Below, piece by piece: positions 1 through 9,169 of a DNA stretch of 43,448 nucleotides (positions within the stretch are counted from its first letter, which is position 1; the number at the start of each line of letters is the position of its first letter). The DNA comes from a virus, in IMG/VR virus record IMGVR_UViG_3300017408_000001, positions 1 through 43,448 of that record, one strand, 5' to 3'. Below the pieces are notes generated by a model. That model was not told where the DNA came from. It made no database searches and saw only the letters and a program-made list of their open reading frames with translations. Made by a program: the position numbers and the translations under genes.

Positions 1-123
1 GCCTGGGTGGTGATATCGAACATGAGGATTTCCTTTCGCGGGAAGGTGCACCAGTCCAGCCCCACAGCCCGCGATGAGCAGGACGGAACTGGTGCGTAGA
101 TGCCGGCGCGGGCAGACCGGGCA
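1..123. repeat. Left copy of terminal direct repeat (identical to 43326-43448)
   Basis: Base-by-base comparison of both ends. The repeat contains the RBS and the first 23 nt (start codon plus seven more codons, MFDITTQA) of the minus-strand chaperone gene. Confidence 0.9.
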
Positions 124-132
124 CTCAAGACC

Positions 133-582
133 TTAGGCCGCGGCAACCTTCACGATGGCCGTGTTGATCTCGATGGTGGGCTTGACCATGATGATGCTGT
201 CGGCATTGCCGACATCTTCGGGATACCCGAACACGCGAGCCTGGAAGTAGCGCTTGGCGTTATCCGGGTACGTGATCATGAACGAGTAGAGGGCATTGTT
301 GGCCGGCTGCGAAGCGGTCTGCAGGAGCACCTGTCCGGCATCAGTGCTGTCGGCCGCAAGCGACGGCTGCAGCGAGCCGTAGTCGGTCGATCCCTTGTGC
401 TTCTGCTTCGGGCCTTTGAGCGGCTGAAACTCGACCTTGTTGGTCGTGGCGCCGATCGTGCCGAGCTGATCGGGGCCGCCGATCTCGGTGTACGTCAGGG
501 CCGCGTAACCGGTGGCGTCCTGAGTTGTTGGTGCTGCGGCCGAGATTGCAATCGCGGTGCCCGCTGCAGTGGTGGATCCCAT
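133..582 (-). CDS. Major tail (tube) protein, TP901-1/GTA-like
   Basis: 149-aa ORF with an AGGAGA RBS 6 nt before the ATG. In transcription order it lies just before chaperone G/GT and the tape measure. The sequence resembles GTA-type major tail proteins by eye. Confidence 0.75.
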   Translation of the reverse strand: MGSTTAAGTAIAISAAAPTTQDATGYAALTYTEIGGPDQLGTIGATTNKVEFQPLKGPKQKHKGSTDYGSLQPSLAADSTDAGQVLLQTASQPANNALYSFMITYPDNAKRYFQARVFGYPEDVGNADSIIMVKPTIEINTAIVKVAAA

Positions 583-648
583 CTACTTTCTCCTGTGGGG
601 GTTGCCGGCTGATCCGGCAGGAACCGTCCGCGCGGGCGGACGAACTAG

Positions 649-867
649 TTAGCCAGCGGCCTTACCGTCGGGCTTGGCTGGCTTAGTCTCGGTGGTGGAC
701 CTGTCCTCGGCCGTCGGCTTGCGCACGAGGCCGGCAGCCTCATAGTTGATGAACTGCCCTTCGGGGATGCGCTTGGTTTCACCCTGCGTGAAGCGCTGCT
801 GAGTGCCATCGTCTTTGAAGTCGCGGATGATGAAAGCGCTGACGGTGGTTTCGGTCCTATCGGTCAT
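649..867 (-). CDS. Hypothetical 72-aa protein (structural module)
   Basis: An internal ATG at 867 is chosen because the longer ORF (to 1026) would overlap the upstream gene, which ends at 882. Sequence starts MTDRTETTVSAFIIRDFKDDG... Confidence 0.5.
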   Translation of the reverse strand: MTDRTETTVSAFIIRDFKDDGTQQRFTQGETKRIPEGQFINYEAAGLVRKPTAEDRSTTETKPAKPDGKAAG

Positions 868-881
868 GACGATCTCCTGTC

Positions 882-1283
882 TCAAACGGGCGCGTCGAAG
901 CTGACGCGGAAGTCTTGGGTTTGCTCGAACGTGTCGCCGGGACCGTTCACGTCGGGTCCGAGGCCTGCTGTGAGGATCGACACACGTGTGCCGCCCCCGA
1001 TGTTGCCGGTCCGACCGGCGCAGCAAGCGCGCACAAGGCCGATTACCTGTTCCTGCTGAAGGTAGTTCGCCGCGCGCACCGCAACGGAGATCCTAGCTGT
1101 CGTCCGCTCCCATCCCGAGCGCTTGAGCGGGTGCCGCTCGATGACGCTGACGGTCCGCACCAGCAGCGCTGGCAGCGGAGTGTCGTCGGGTAGCCGACCG
1201 GCCTTGATGCTGTCTGGTTGGACAACTGCCACCAGATCGGCGCTCGCAAGCAGCAACGCGCCGATGATGTCATTGCCGCTCAC
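882..1283 (-). CDS. DUF3168-like tail completion / tail terminator protein
   Basis: 133 aa. The GTG start overlaps the upstream stop as GTGA. It sits after the HK97 gp10-like gene, and the sequence style matches GTA gp11-like proteins. Confidence 0.6.
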   Translation of the reverse strand: MSGNDIIGALLLASADLVAVVQPDSIKAGRLPDDTPLPALLVRTVSVIERHPLKRSGWERTTARISVAVRAANYLQQEQVIGLVRACCAGRTGNIGGGTRVSILTAGLGPDVNGPGDTFEQTQDFRVSFDAPV

Positions 1284-1819
1284 GCGTCGTCATCCTGGTC
1301 AGCGCCGCCGAGGATGCCGCCGCGCGATACGCGGGCGTTGATGTAAGCCTGCGCTGCTTTCACCGCTTCGGCCTCCTTCGTGTCGAGCGCAGGGCGAAGG
1401 AACGGGTGCGCCTGCGCGCCTGGGTGGAACACGGTCTTGCCGACGAACTTGCCGCCGATCACAAGCGACCCGTCGCCGTCGGCTTCAAGCACCTTCGCGT
1501 TGATCCGCTGGATGCCCAGACCTTGGCGCTGCTCGTCAGCCACGCTGATGAAGTGCGGCGAGGTACCGTATTCACCCCAGAGCGCGAGCGAGTAAGCCCA
1601 GCCCGGCTTAACCGTGACGCGCACGACAATGCGGTCGTCCTTGCTCTTAGTTCGAACGACGATGGCATCGGCAACCTCGTCGGACCGCGAGCGGTGCTTT
1701 GCTTCGTCGGCAATGACGCGGCCTCCGGCGCGGCCAGCGCCTTGCAAGAGGCGCGTGAGCTGGTCGGGCAGTTTAGCCATGTAAGCCGATGCAGCAGCGC
1801 GGCCGGTCGCGGACGCCAT
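1280..1819 (-). CDS. HK97 gp10-family head-tail protein
   Basis: 179 aa with a TGATG stop/start junction to the upstream gene. The motif block ...VRVTVKPGWAYSLALWGEYGTSPHF...HPGAQAHPFLRPAL is typical of the HK97 gp10 family. Confidence 0.75.
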   Translation of the reverse strand: MASATGRAAASAYMAKLPDQLTRLLQGAGRAGGRVIADEAKHRSRSDEVADAIVVRTKSKDDRIVVRVTVKPGWAYSLALWGEYGTSPHFISVADEQRQGLGIQRINAKVLEADGDGSLVIGGKFVGKTVFHPGAQAHPFLRPALDTKEAEAVKAAQAYINARVSRGGILGGADQDDDA

Positions 1820-2226
1820 CAGGCGCTATTCCCGGCCGGCCGGTACTCCTCGACCATGAACTCTAGGCCTTCACGAAAGCCAAGCTCGGCGGGTTCGGTG
1901 ATTATCTGGACCGTGCGGTCGGTTATCCAGGCGCGTTCGCCATTCTGAATTACGTAGCGGCCGATCAGGCAGCGCATCGAACTGTTGATGCCGATGCGGA
2001 ACTGAATGCGTACCCGCGCCGGGCGAGAGGTGATGCTGATGCCATTGGCCAATCGCTCACCTCGACTCGGAAGCGCGTCCTGCACGTTTGCCCAAACCTC
2101 GCAGACAGGTACCCACGTACCCGAACCGGCACCTTTGAAGCCGCTTGCTGGCGCCGGCTCCTCAATGCGCAGACGCCGATCCAAGGCGCCCTTCTTCACA
2201 GCCGGTGAACCTTGAAGCCGCGGCAC
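1819..2226 (-). CDS. Head-tail adaptor / head closure protein (Phage_H_T_join-like)
   Basis: 135-aa ORF. An alternative GTG start at 2199 forms a GTGA overlap with the upstream stop and may be the true start. The position and the RLRIEEP...W..VWA... pattern fit SPP1 gp16 / HK97 gp9-type adaptors. Confidence 0.65.
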   Translation of the reverse strand: MPRLQGSPAVKKGALDRRLRIEEPAPASGFKGAGSGTWVPVCEVWANVQDALPSRGERLANGISITSRPARVRIQFRIGINSSMRCLIGRYVIQNGERAWITDRTVQIITEPAELGFREGLEFMVEEYRPAGNSA

Positions 2227-2723
2227 AGGCGAGTTGCTGCAACCTCAGCTGCAGCCAGAACAGCCCCACCCTCACGATCCTCATCGTAAGCGCCGATGAG
2301 CACCAGCATGGCGCGACGAAAGTTGCGAGGCACGTCGGCCGGGTTCTCGTAGCCTGCGCGGATCGTCACGGTGAGCGACTGAGCAGGATCGAAAACCGGC
2401 CAGCACAATCCCAGGCCGGGCAGTACCCGCGCGGGGCGGCGCGATAGATCCAGCCGGACTAGGTCGACGGTACCAGGCCCATTCGGTCCCGTGTAGGAAA
2501 TGACGGGCGCGGCGTCGTGGTTGATCGGCCAGGCACGTAGCTCGATCGATCTTGCCGGCGCTCGAAAGCGCTCGACTACGTCGCGAGCCTCAAGGATATG
2601 GCCGGTGTACTGCTCGACCCACGCCGCGGCGTCGAGGATGAAGCTGGTGATCTCGTCGTCGCGCTCGCCGGGTTCGGCGCGCAGCTGAGTACGAGCGTCT
2701 TCAATGGAGACAGGAAGGGTCAT
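2196..2723 (-). CDS. Head-tail connector protein (gp6-like, Phage_connect_1-like)
   Basis: 175 aa. The N-terminus ...LPVSIEDARTQLRAE...DDEITSFILDAAAWVEQYTG is typical of gp6-like connector / DNA-packaging proteins. It follows the capsid genes. Confidence 0.7.
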   Translation of the reverse strand: MTLPVSIEDARTQLRAEPGERDDEITSFILDAAAWVEQYTGHILEARDVVERFRAPARSIELRAWPINHDAAPVISYTGPNGPGTVDLVRLDLSRRPARVLPGLGLCWPVFDPAQSLTVTIRAGYENPADVPRNFRRAMLVLIGAYDEDREGGAVLAAAEVAATRLCRGFKVHRL

Positions 2724-2754
2724 GCCAGTCTCCTTTCCCAGGGGTCAAAGGAGC

Positions 2755-2787
2755 GGCAGCGCGGCACCACAAGGCGTCGGCGCTGCC
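2755..2787 (-). terminator. GC-rich hairpin between the small post-capsid ORF and the connector gene
   Basis: GGCAGCGC (2755-2762) pairs with GCGCTGCC (2780-2787), giving an 8-bp stem and a 17-nt loop. On the minus strand it is followed by GCTCCTTTG. It could be a partial terminator or an mRNA stabiliser after the capsid genes. Confidence 0.3.
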
Positions 2788-2793
2788 ACCTGA

Positions 2794-3096
2794 TCAGTTC
2801 TTGGCTTGGTCGCCCAGGATCTTCTCGACGGCCGCCTGCGTGTCGAGATGCGGGTCGTTGAAGTCGATCTGGTTGGCGATCTTCGGCTGACCCTTGCGCG
2901 GGTTGTTGTCGACGGCAGGATGCTCGACGTCGATACGCTCGACGATCTCAGGTTCGATAAAGGCGCCACTGGCCGCCACCGCGGTCGCGGGCGTCAGGGT
3001 GTCTTCGGTCGTCCCTGCAGTGTCCGACACGCCGGGCACGGCAGAAGGCTTGACGTCGGTCGTGTCGACCGTGGCTTTGGTGCTGCTCATGTTCAT
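2794..3096 (-). CDS. Hypothetical acidic 100-aa protein after the major capsid gene
   Basis: A GGAG RBS lies upstream of two in-frame ATGs (3096 and 3090). The ORF-track start at 3135 has no RBS and would run into the capsid stop region. A head decoration or scaffold-like role is only a positional guess. Confidence 0.5.
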   Translation of the reverse strand: MNMSSTKATVDTTDVKPSAVPGVSDTAGTTEDTLTPATAVAASGAFIEPEIVERIDVEHPAVDNNPRKGQPKIANQIDFNDPHLDTQAAVEKILGDQAKN

Positions 3097-3146
3097 CACT
3101 CCGTGAGCGAGGGACAGGGTGGGTGAAACGCCCACCCTGCGAGAGG

Positions 3147-4406
3147 TTACGCGCTGATCTTGAGCGCGCGCATGGCGGTGGGGTTCTTCACACCGCCGCC
3201 GACGCGCTTCGTGGTGTAGAACAGCACGAAGGGCTTGGCGGTGTACGGGTCGCGAAGGACGCGTACGCCGGTGCGGTCGATGACTTGGTAGGTCTCAACC
3301 ATGTCGCCGTAGAGCGCCGCGATGTTACCCGCACCCACGTTTGGCATGCCCGGCATGTCGACGACGGGCTCGCCAGCCAGCGTGGGAGGCAAGCCGAGGG
3401 CAAGGCTGGGCTGCCACAGGTAGGCACCATCGCCGGTCTTCAGCTTGCGGAAGGCTGCCTGCGCGCCGCGGTTCATGAAGAACTTAGCGTTCGGCAGAAA
3501 TTCCTGCGGCAGATCCGCCTGCAAGTCGAACAGCGCGTCGGCGGTCACAGCCGCTGCGGCGCCCGAGTTGAGCGCCAAGATGGCGCCGAACGGATGCTTG
3601 GCAGCGTTCGAGCCGCCCGTGACGTACGTGAGCACGCCGTCGGGCTTGTTCGAGCCGTCACCCGACAGGAAAGCGACGCCCTCCTGCTTATCGAACTCGG
3701 TCGACACCTCGTCAGCCAGCCAGGCTTCGACGTCGATCTCGGCGTCATCCAGAAGTCCCTGCGACGCGGCAGGATTGGCGTAGATCTCGCCCATCGTGAA
3801 GCCGAGCGAGGTAAGGCCGGGCGTGGTCGTCTGCGGACGCGCCGCAGTCTCACCGACCCAGCCCGAGCCTACGATGCCATCGGAGTAGACCTTCTTGAAG
3901 CCCGAGCTGCTGATCGTGATGACCGAACTGTTCTGGCGCATCGGCGAGATAACCTTCTGCCGCTTGCTGATCGTTCGGTCCCACTCGATCGGTGCGAGGT
4001 AGCCGCCCTCGCCGTCGGTCTTGGTCGCAGCAGCGCGCAGCTCTTCCAGCTTTGCGCTCGGCTCGCGGCCTTGGAAGTAGGCCTGGAACTCGGCCGTGTA
4101 CTCGGGATCGCGCGGCTTGGCGCTGTCGTGACCATCGCCAATCTGCGCCTTGAGGTTGACGCTCTCGATGGTCTCCTGGAGCTTATCCAGCTCCGCTTCG
4201 ATCTTGGTCAGCTTGTCAGCCGTGACGACGTCGGTCTTGCCGGCCTTGATCTCGTCGATCTGGTCGGTGTGGGTCTTCTTGAACGCCTCGAAAGCAACGT
4301 TCAGATCCTCGATGCTGGCGATCTTCTTGGGCTGGGCTTCGGCGCGGACGGCGACGAGGCCCCGGCCTGCTACGGCACGGCCGCGCAGGTTGGTCATCAT
4401 GTTCAT
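3147..4406 (-). CDS. Major capsid protein, HK97 family
   Basis: 419 aa with an N-terminal delta-like coiled segment (IEDLNVAFEAFKKTHTDQIDEIK...). The core motifs GGYLAPIEW..., ...FLSGDGSNKPDGVL..., ...YLWQPSL...G.P.TL.G.PV are present. An AGGA RBS precedes the start. Confidence 0.95.
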   Translation of the reverse strand: MNMMTNLRGRAVAGRGLVAVRAEAQPKKIASIEDLNVAFEAFKKTHTDQIDEIKAGKTDVVTADKLTKIEAELDKLQETIESVNLKAQIGDGHDSAKPRDPEYTAEFQAYFQGREPSAKLEELRAAATKTDGEGGYLAPIEWDRTISKRQKVISPMRQNSSVITISSSGFKKVYSDGIVGSGWVGETAARPQTTTPGLTSLGFTMGEIYANPAASQGLLDDAEIDVEAWLADEVSTEFDKQEGVAFLSGDGSNKPDGVLTYVTGGSNAAKHPFGAILALNSGAAAAVTADALFDLQADLPQEFLPNAKFFMNRGAQAAFRKLKTGDGAYLWQPSLALGLPPTLAGEPVVDMPGMPNVGAGNIAALYGDMVETYQVIDRTGVRVLRDPYTAKPFVLFYTTKRVGGGVKNPTAMRALKISA

Positions 4407-4417
4407 GTCTGTTTCCT

Positions 4418-5290
4418 TCAGACGGAGAGGGCAGTGAGCCCGGCGAACCAGGGCTCGGCGTCGTCGCCAGCGCGAAGCGTGGCAGGGTCGGGTTCGGCAG
4501 CGGTTCGCGTGCCATCTCCCATCGCGCGGAACAGATCACGGCGCGCGCTGCGCGGCATGTTCTGCTTCGCGAGAAAGCGATCGAGCGACGCTTTGTCGCT
4601 CGGGAAGTCATCAGCCGAGGCATAGACAGGCATCTGCGCCTCGCGCTCCATCAGTGTGTCGGCGAGACCAGCGTCGATCGCCTCTTGGCCGCGAAAGTAG
4701 ACATCCTTGCCCGCGATCATGGCCGCGAACTCTTCGGCAGGCCGGCCGGACCGCGCCGCATAAGTGGCGGTCATCGCGTCGTCGACATGCTGGAGCACGG
4801 TGACGGCTTCGGCCATCTCCGACTTCGTGCCGATGAAGATGCCCTGCGCCTCGTGGATCATGATCTCGGCGTTGGCCGCAATCTCGATGGTGTCGCCGGC
4901 CATGGCAATGACGGAAGCAGCGCTGGCGGCGATGCCCAGGATCTGCACGTTGACCGGTTGCGAGTGGCGCCGCAGCAGATTGTAGATCGCGACGCCTTCG
5001 AAGTAGTTGCCGCCAGGCGAGTTCATCTCGACGTTGATCGGCTTGTCGCCGATCGAGCGCAGAGCGGCCGCGATGCGCTTAGTGTTGACGCCGCCACCTT
5101 CGCCGTCATCACCGATGTAATCGAAGATCGAGATGGTGGGCGTGTCGGAGGCCAGCGCAGTCACTTCAAAGTGGCGGAAGTCCTCGGCCAGCGCCTTCAT
5201 CTCGAACTGCCAACCGCTGCCACCACCGATGCCGGTGATCTCGGGCGGCCGGCCGGCCAGGACGGAGAGCAAGTTCTTGCGGTTCATCAT
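4418..5290 (-). CDS. Prohead maturation protease, ClpP/S14-like
   Basis: Start is taken at the ATG 5290-5288, which overlaps the portal stop as ATGA. The ORF-track N-terminal extension overlaps the portal gene. Motifs: INSPGGNYFEG..., ...GIAASAASVIAMAGD..., ...MIHEA. Confidence 0.9.
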   Translation of the reverse strand: MMNRKNLLSVLAGRPPEITGIGGGSGWQFEMKALAEDFRHFEVTALASDTPTISIFDYIGDDGEGGGVNTKRIAAALRSIGDKPINVEMNSPGGNYFEGVAIYNLLRRHSQPVNVQILGIAASAASVIAMAGDTIEIAANAEIMIHEAQGIFIGTKSEMAEAVTVLQHVDDAMTATYAARSGRPAEEFAAMIAGKDVYFRGQEAIDAGLADTLMEREAQMPVYASADDFPSDKASLDRFLAKQNMPRSARRDLFRAMGDGTRTAAEPDPATLRAGDDAEPWFAGLTALSV

Positions 5291-6621
5291 TGGTCCTCGA
5301 CGATAGCGGCAGCGGCGGTGCCCGGTCGGGGCAGTTGGCCGCCGTCGGCGTGCGGGTTCATGTCCTGCGTTTCGCGGGCTTCGTTCTGCGTGATCCACGG
5401 CATTCCGCCGCCGGAGCCCAGCGCTCGCGCCAAGAATTCGGCCTGGTCCTTCATCGAGCCGCGCAGCAGCGCGCGCTCATTGAACTTGGCGTAAAGGACG
5501 TCGCCGTTGCGAGCCTGCTTCTCCTGGCGGCTGAGCAGACGCCAGATGGCTTCTTCCCAGGTGACGAACCACGGCAGCAGGCAGTAGACCACCATGTAGA
5601 GGCCCAGCTGCTCGATCCCGCTGCCCCAAGCCGTCTCGTCGAACATGAGCAGCGGGCGCGGAACGCCAGTGAAGCGCGATCCCTGCTCCGCCTCGAACTT
5701 GCGCAGCTCGACAAGCTGTGTGTCCTTGGCCGACCCCGAAAAGGGCTTGGCTTCCATGCCCTCTTCCAAGAGCATCCAGTCGCCCGCGCCGTCGGCGCCA
5801 GCGTAGTCTTCCTTCAAGCTTTCCTTCAGCCGGGCATACGCCTCGTCGCTAAGCGACTCCTTTGCCTGCAGCGCGCCGCCTGCCATCACGCCTTTGCTGA
5901 GCAAGTTTGCCATTGCCCGCTCGGCGATATGCGCGAGCCCGATCGTGTCCGCCGCAACGTCCAGCAAGCCAAGGCCGTGCAAGCCGTCGAGCGAAACCGG
6001 GGCGCGGAAGTGGAACACATCGGCGGACGACAGGTACTCTACGCGGCCATCCTTCGGGGTGTGCTTGAAGCGCAGCGTCCCCCCTGAAAACTCCTTCGTG
6101 ACGGTCTTACGGGCGAACGGCACGAGCGCCTGGATGTTGCCGTTCAGCCGGATCACACGAGCAAAGGCACCGCCGTCCAACAGCGCGGCAAGCTGCAGAA
6201 AACTCTTGAACTCGCTCGGCGTCATGGCGCCGTTGCCGAGCGGATCCAGCTTCAGAACCGACCGGAGCGGATGGTCGATCGCCTTCTCCGTCGTTCCGTC
6301 GGCCTTGCGGCGGTACATGTCGAGCGGCAGCATGCCGATGGAGCCGGCGATCAGCGACGTGGCGCGGAAGAACACCGAGTTCCGCATCGCCATCTTGTCG
6401 CTGATGGCGACGCCGGTCATCGCTTCCCGCCCGCCCCGCAGAAACGAGGCCAGAACCGGATCGCCTTCGCCTGCGATATCGTGCACCGAATAGGCATATA
6501 CCGAGCGCCGGTCGGCAGCCTGGTCTGGTGCTCCGTACCGCACTACGCCGGTCGGTGTGGATCGGCGGTAGCCCGAAGCGCGCCGGTAATCATCGTATGA
6601 CGGCACGCACCCTCCTATCAA
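5287..6621 (-). CDS. Portal protein, HK97 family
   Basis: 444-aa ORF with the typical block ...AMRNSVFFRATSLIAGSIGMLPLDMYRR.... The ORF-track start is TTG at 6621. A GTG at 6606, just after an AGGAGGG RBS, is an alternative, so the start is uncertain. Confidence 0.9.
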   Translation of the reverse strand: MIGGCVPSYDDYRRASGYRRSTPTGVVRYGAPDQAADRRSVYAYSVHDIAGEGDPVLASFLRGGREAMTGVAISDKMAMRNSVFFRATSLIAGSIGMLPLDMYRRKADGTTEKAIDHPLRSVLKLDPLGNGAMTPSEFKSFLQLAALLDGGAFARVIRLNGNIQALVPFARKTVTKEFSGGTLRFKHTPKDGRVEYLSSADVFHFRAPVSLDGLHGLGLLDVAADTIGLAHIAERAMANLLSKGVMAGGALQAKESLSDEAYARLKESLKEDYAGADGAGDWMLLEEGMEAKPFSGSAKDTQLVELRKFEAEQGSRFTGVPRPLLMFDETAWGSGIEQLGLYMVVYCLLPWFVTWEEAIWRLLSRQEKQARNGDVLYAKFNERALLRGSMKDQAEFLARALGSGGGMPWITQNEARETQDMNPHADGGQLPRPGTAAAAIVEDQ

Positions 6622-8432
6622 ACACGGCGGATGCCACGGCTCTCGTAGACCGACTTCTTCTTCGGTTTAGCCGTTGCCGTCGCGGCGCCGACCGCCATTG
6701 CGATCGTCACCATGCCGTCGATGCGGCCGCGGGACTTCTTCTTGTTGAACATCCGGTTCCCGAGCCCATCAGGCTCGATGAAGGCATTGGCTGCGCACGA
6801 GTACGTGACCGGCGACTCATCGACCAAGAGCTTACCGTCGAGAATGTGATCTTCCGTGCGCGTGATCGAGTGAGGCATGCACAGCTGCCGGTCCTCGAAC
6901 ATGATGCGCTGGCCCTGAGCATGCTTGATGATCTTGAGCCCGCGTCCCTCTGGCTTGCCCGGCCCTTCCCACAGCCACCACTCCAGCCCGACCTGATCGC
7001 AAGCGTCGGTGAACGAAGTGAGGAACGCCGGGTCAACTACCAGCGCGTCGACGTCGTGTTCGGCCAGCTGCTGCTGCACCTGCACCGCGACGAAGGTGTA
7101 GTCGATCGTCGCACCAGGTGTGGCGGTCAGATACTTGTCTTCGACCCAATCGAGATAGGGCGCCTTGTCTTCGTCGGCGCGCTGCTCGAGCCCTTCCCGC
7201 GCAGTCCAGTACCAGGTCTTTACCGCCACCAGATCGTCGGGAAGCTCCCACGCTTGCGACAGGGCGGTGAGATCGTTCTTCTTGGACAAGTCGAGCGACA
7301 GCCAGGACTTGCGGCCACGCATCGCTCGAGCGTCTACCACGCCCTGAACTGCTGACCACTTCTCTTCGCTGATCCAGAAGTCCGCGGCCGCGCTGTCGAT
7401 GCCGAAGTAGAGGCGCTTGACGCTGGACTTCGTGGAAGGTCGCAACTTCGCGGAGTTGACCGTCTCCCGGATATTCTCGATCGGGAAGGTCTCGCCGAGT
7501 GCCGGCAGCGACTTCTGCCAGGCGCGCTCGTTCTCGAATATGGTCTCGCGGTCGCCCTTGTCGATGCGAGCAATGAAAGCGAAGGCGGTATCGTCTTTGG
7601 CGTCGCCCTTCACGATCGCCTGGTAGGTGTCCGAGTAGGACGTGCCGACATGCTGGGTCGAACGGGCTGGCGTGTTGGTGCCCAGCAGCATCAGCGCGTT
7701 ACCGGCGACCTTGTCGATCGCGGCCTTCCACGTCAGCAACGCCGCTTCCGACTTCAGCTCGTGGATCTCGTCGGCAGCCACCAGTGAAGGGCGCGGGCCG
7801 GACTGTGACTCGCCGCTGGCGATCGGCATGAAGAACGAGCCGCTGTCCGGGTGCTCGATCTTCCAGGCGTTCTCCAGCTCGCCCCGGATAATGACTTCGC
7901 CGAGGCCTTCCAGGCTCTCGCCTTCGTCGCCGTCTGGAATGTCAGCGCGACACATAGCGACGGCATCGCGGAACAAGACGTTCGCCGTCGCCTTGTCTTC
8001 CCCGATCGCGTAGCACTGCGCACGCGGGATGTCGCACCAGCCCATGATGTAGACGCCGATCGCGCCCATGAGCGGCGACTTCGCCTGACCCTTGCCAGTT
8101 TCCAGCCAGCCTGTGCGATAGCGCCAGCGATTGGTCGCAGTGCGCCAGCCGAACAGGTTGCCGCCGACGAAGGTGTGGTACTCCAGCGGGTAGAATGGCT
8201 CGCCGGCAGCAGGACCATCTGTGACCTGAAACACCGACGGCAGGAAGTTCAGAAAGTGCGCAGCTGCGTCCGGCCGCCAGTAGATGCCGCGCCGTTCCCC
8301 ATCGCGCAGATCGCGCAGGTGCCGCTCGGCAGCGTGCCGCACCAACTCGCCGCAGGTGAACAGCTTCCCATCTACTGCCGCCTTCGCCCAAGATGTCGTC
8401 GGATCGGGGTCGGCGAGGAAGCGGTTAGCCAC
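6618..8432 (-). CDS. terL: Terminase large subunit (Terminase_1-like)
   Basis: 604 aa. There is a Walker-A-like TGWLETGKGQAKSPL and a nuclease-half pattern. The GTG start overlaps the terS stop by 8 nt. Confidence 0.93.
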   Translation of the reverse strand: MANRFLADPDPTTSWAKAAVDGKLFTCGELVRHAAERHLRDLRDGERRGIYWRPDAAAHFLNFLPSVFQVTDGPAAGEPFYPLEYHTFVGGNLFGWRTATNRWRYRTGWLETGKGQAKSPLMGAIGVYIMGWCDIPRAQCYAIGEDKATANVLFRDAVAMCRADIPDGDEGESLEGLGEVIIRGELENAWKIEHPDSGSFFMPIASGESQSGPRPSLVAADEIHELKSEAALLTWKAAIDKVAGNALMLLGTNTPARSTQHVGTSYSDTYQAIVKGDAKDDTAFAFIARIDKGDRETIFENERAWQKSLPALGETFPIENIRETVNSAKLRPSTKSSVKRLYFGIDSAAADFWISEEKWSAVQGVVDARAMRGRKSWLSLDLSKKNDLTALSQAWELPDDLVAVKTWYWTAREGLEQRADEDKAPYLDWVEDKYLTATPGATIDYTFVAVQVQQQLAEHDVDALVVDPAFLTSFTDACDQVGLEWWLWEGPGKPEGRGLKIIKHAQGQRIMFEDRQLCMPHSITRTEDHILDGKLLVDESPVTYSCAANAFIEPDGLGNRMFNKKKSRGRIDGMVTIAMAVGAATATAKPKKKSVYESRGIRRV

Positions 8433-8859
8433 GGTTCTTCAGGTAGCCGCCGCCAGTGCTGCGCGTGACCTTCTTCACCGCCTTGGTGGCGCCCGCTCGT
8501 CGCCGGGGCGACAAGCCAAGCTCCTGTTCCTGGCGATCAGCGTCCGAGCCCGCTTCCCGCATCGCGGTGAAGTACGGGCTCAGCCGTGCGATGGCCTTGG
8601 GATTGCCGCGCTTCGGCTTCAGGACCGCGCCGTTGTCGGCAACTTCGCGCGAGCACCGGTCGAACACGATGTAGGCGAGCACCAGCCGCTGAATGGCGTG
8701 GGCATTTGCCGGAGCAAGGATCTCCCGCTCTTTCATTTCGGTCGTGATCCGCCGCCAGTGCTCGGTCGCGGCGGCAAGCTCGATCTCATCGCTGAGCAGC
8801 AGCGACCAGTCAGGTTCGGGCACGATCGCGCCGGTGCCGTCGATAGGGGTGACAGTCAT
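8425..8859 (-). CDS. terS: Terminase small subunit, P27 family-like
   Basis: 144 aa with an AGGGGG RBS. The pattern ...AIQRLVLAYIVFDRCSREV...GAVLK......NP.....L is typical of P27-family TerS. It lies directly upstream of terL. Confidence 0.8.
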   Translation of the reverse strand: MTVTPIDGTGAIVPEPDWSLLLSDEIELAAATEHWRRITTEMKEREILAPANAHAIQRLVLAYIVFDRCSREVADNGAVLKPKRGNPKAIARLSPYFTAMREAGSDADRQEQELGLSPRRRAGATKAVKKVTRSTGGGYLKNRG

Positions 8860-8977
8860 GTTCCAACCCCCTTTCGAGGCAACTTTTTAGTCTGAATTTT
8901 GCTCTCGCAGCGTACGGAGGGCCGTGACCGGTCTAGGGGGCCGGCCATCCCAGACTTTGACCCGGGGGGTAGTCTGT

Positions 8978-9169
8978 TCAGGTTCGCACCCCGATTTGAT
9001 GAACGTTGCGAGCCTTGGCTGCCTTGCGCTCGGCTGCGCGGCGTCGCTGCCTGGTCATCGTGTCAGGCCATGCCTTGCGAGGCGCAGGGTTGGACAGCAG
9101 GCCCGAGTAGTGGACGCCTGGCCGGCCATACAGGAACTCGTAGTCGGAGGCGGACAGACGCTCGCTCAT
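8978..9169 (-). CDS. Small basic hypothetical protein (63 aa) between HNH and the cos/terS region
   Basis: An AGGAG RBS lies 6 nt before the ATG at 9169. The start overlaps the HNH stop by 1 nt (TGATG). The C-terminus is Arg/Lys-rich (RQRRRAAERKAAKARN). Confidence 0.45.
   Translation of the reverse strand: MSERLSASDYEFLYGRPGVHYSGLLSNPAPRKAWPDTMTRQRRRAAERKAAKARNVHQIGVRT

Noticed and set aside
1-123. Terminal repeats as att sites or LTRs of an integrated element. I also initially suspected a 1-nt indel between the two copies.
   Set aside because: The repeat lies inside a structural operon and includes a gene start, which fits an assembly overlap. On recounting against the ORF-track frame, the two copies are identical, so there is no indel.
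583-648. Two small hairpins (TGCCGG-ctgat-CCGGCA and CGTCCGC-gcgg-GCGGACG) upstream of the major tail gene, considered as a regulatory attenuator.
   Set aside because: The stems are short with no T-tract and lie within an operon. They are plausible mRNA-stability elements, but the sequence alone gives too little support to report them as a feature.
3123-4625. 500-aa plus-strand ORF antisense to the capsid and protease genes. Similar long antisense ORFs occur at 35170-37428 (752 aa), 37953-39719 (588 aa), 24528-25532 (334 aa), 25588-26577 (329 aa) and 16806-17726 (306 aa).
   Set aside because: These are typical stop-poor shadow frames of GC-rich DNA. Their products are Arg/Ala/Gly-rich and low in complexity. 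They have no RBS or gene-junction coupling. Each lies opposite an ORF with clear family motifs or coupled starts.
4418-5398. Longer protease ORF with a 36-aa Arg-rich N-terminal extension. There are similar extended starts at 30401-31276, 28934-30055, 26709-29102 and 26381-26971.
   Set aside because: The extensions overlap the upstream genes and are Arg/Pro-rich junk. Internal ATGs coincide with ATGA stop/start coupling or good RBSs.
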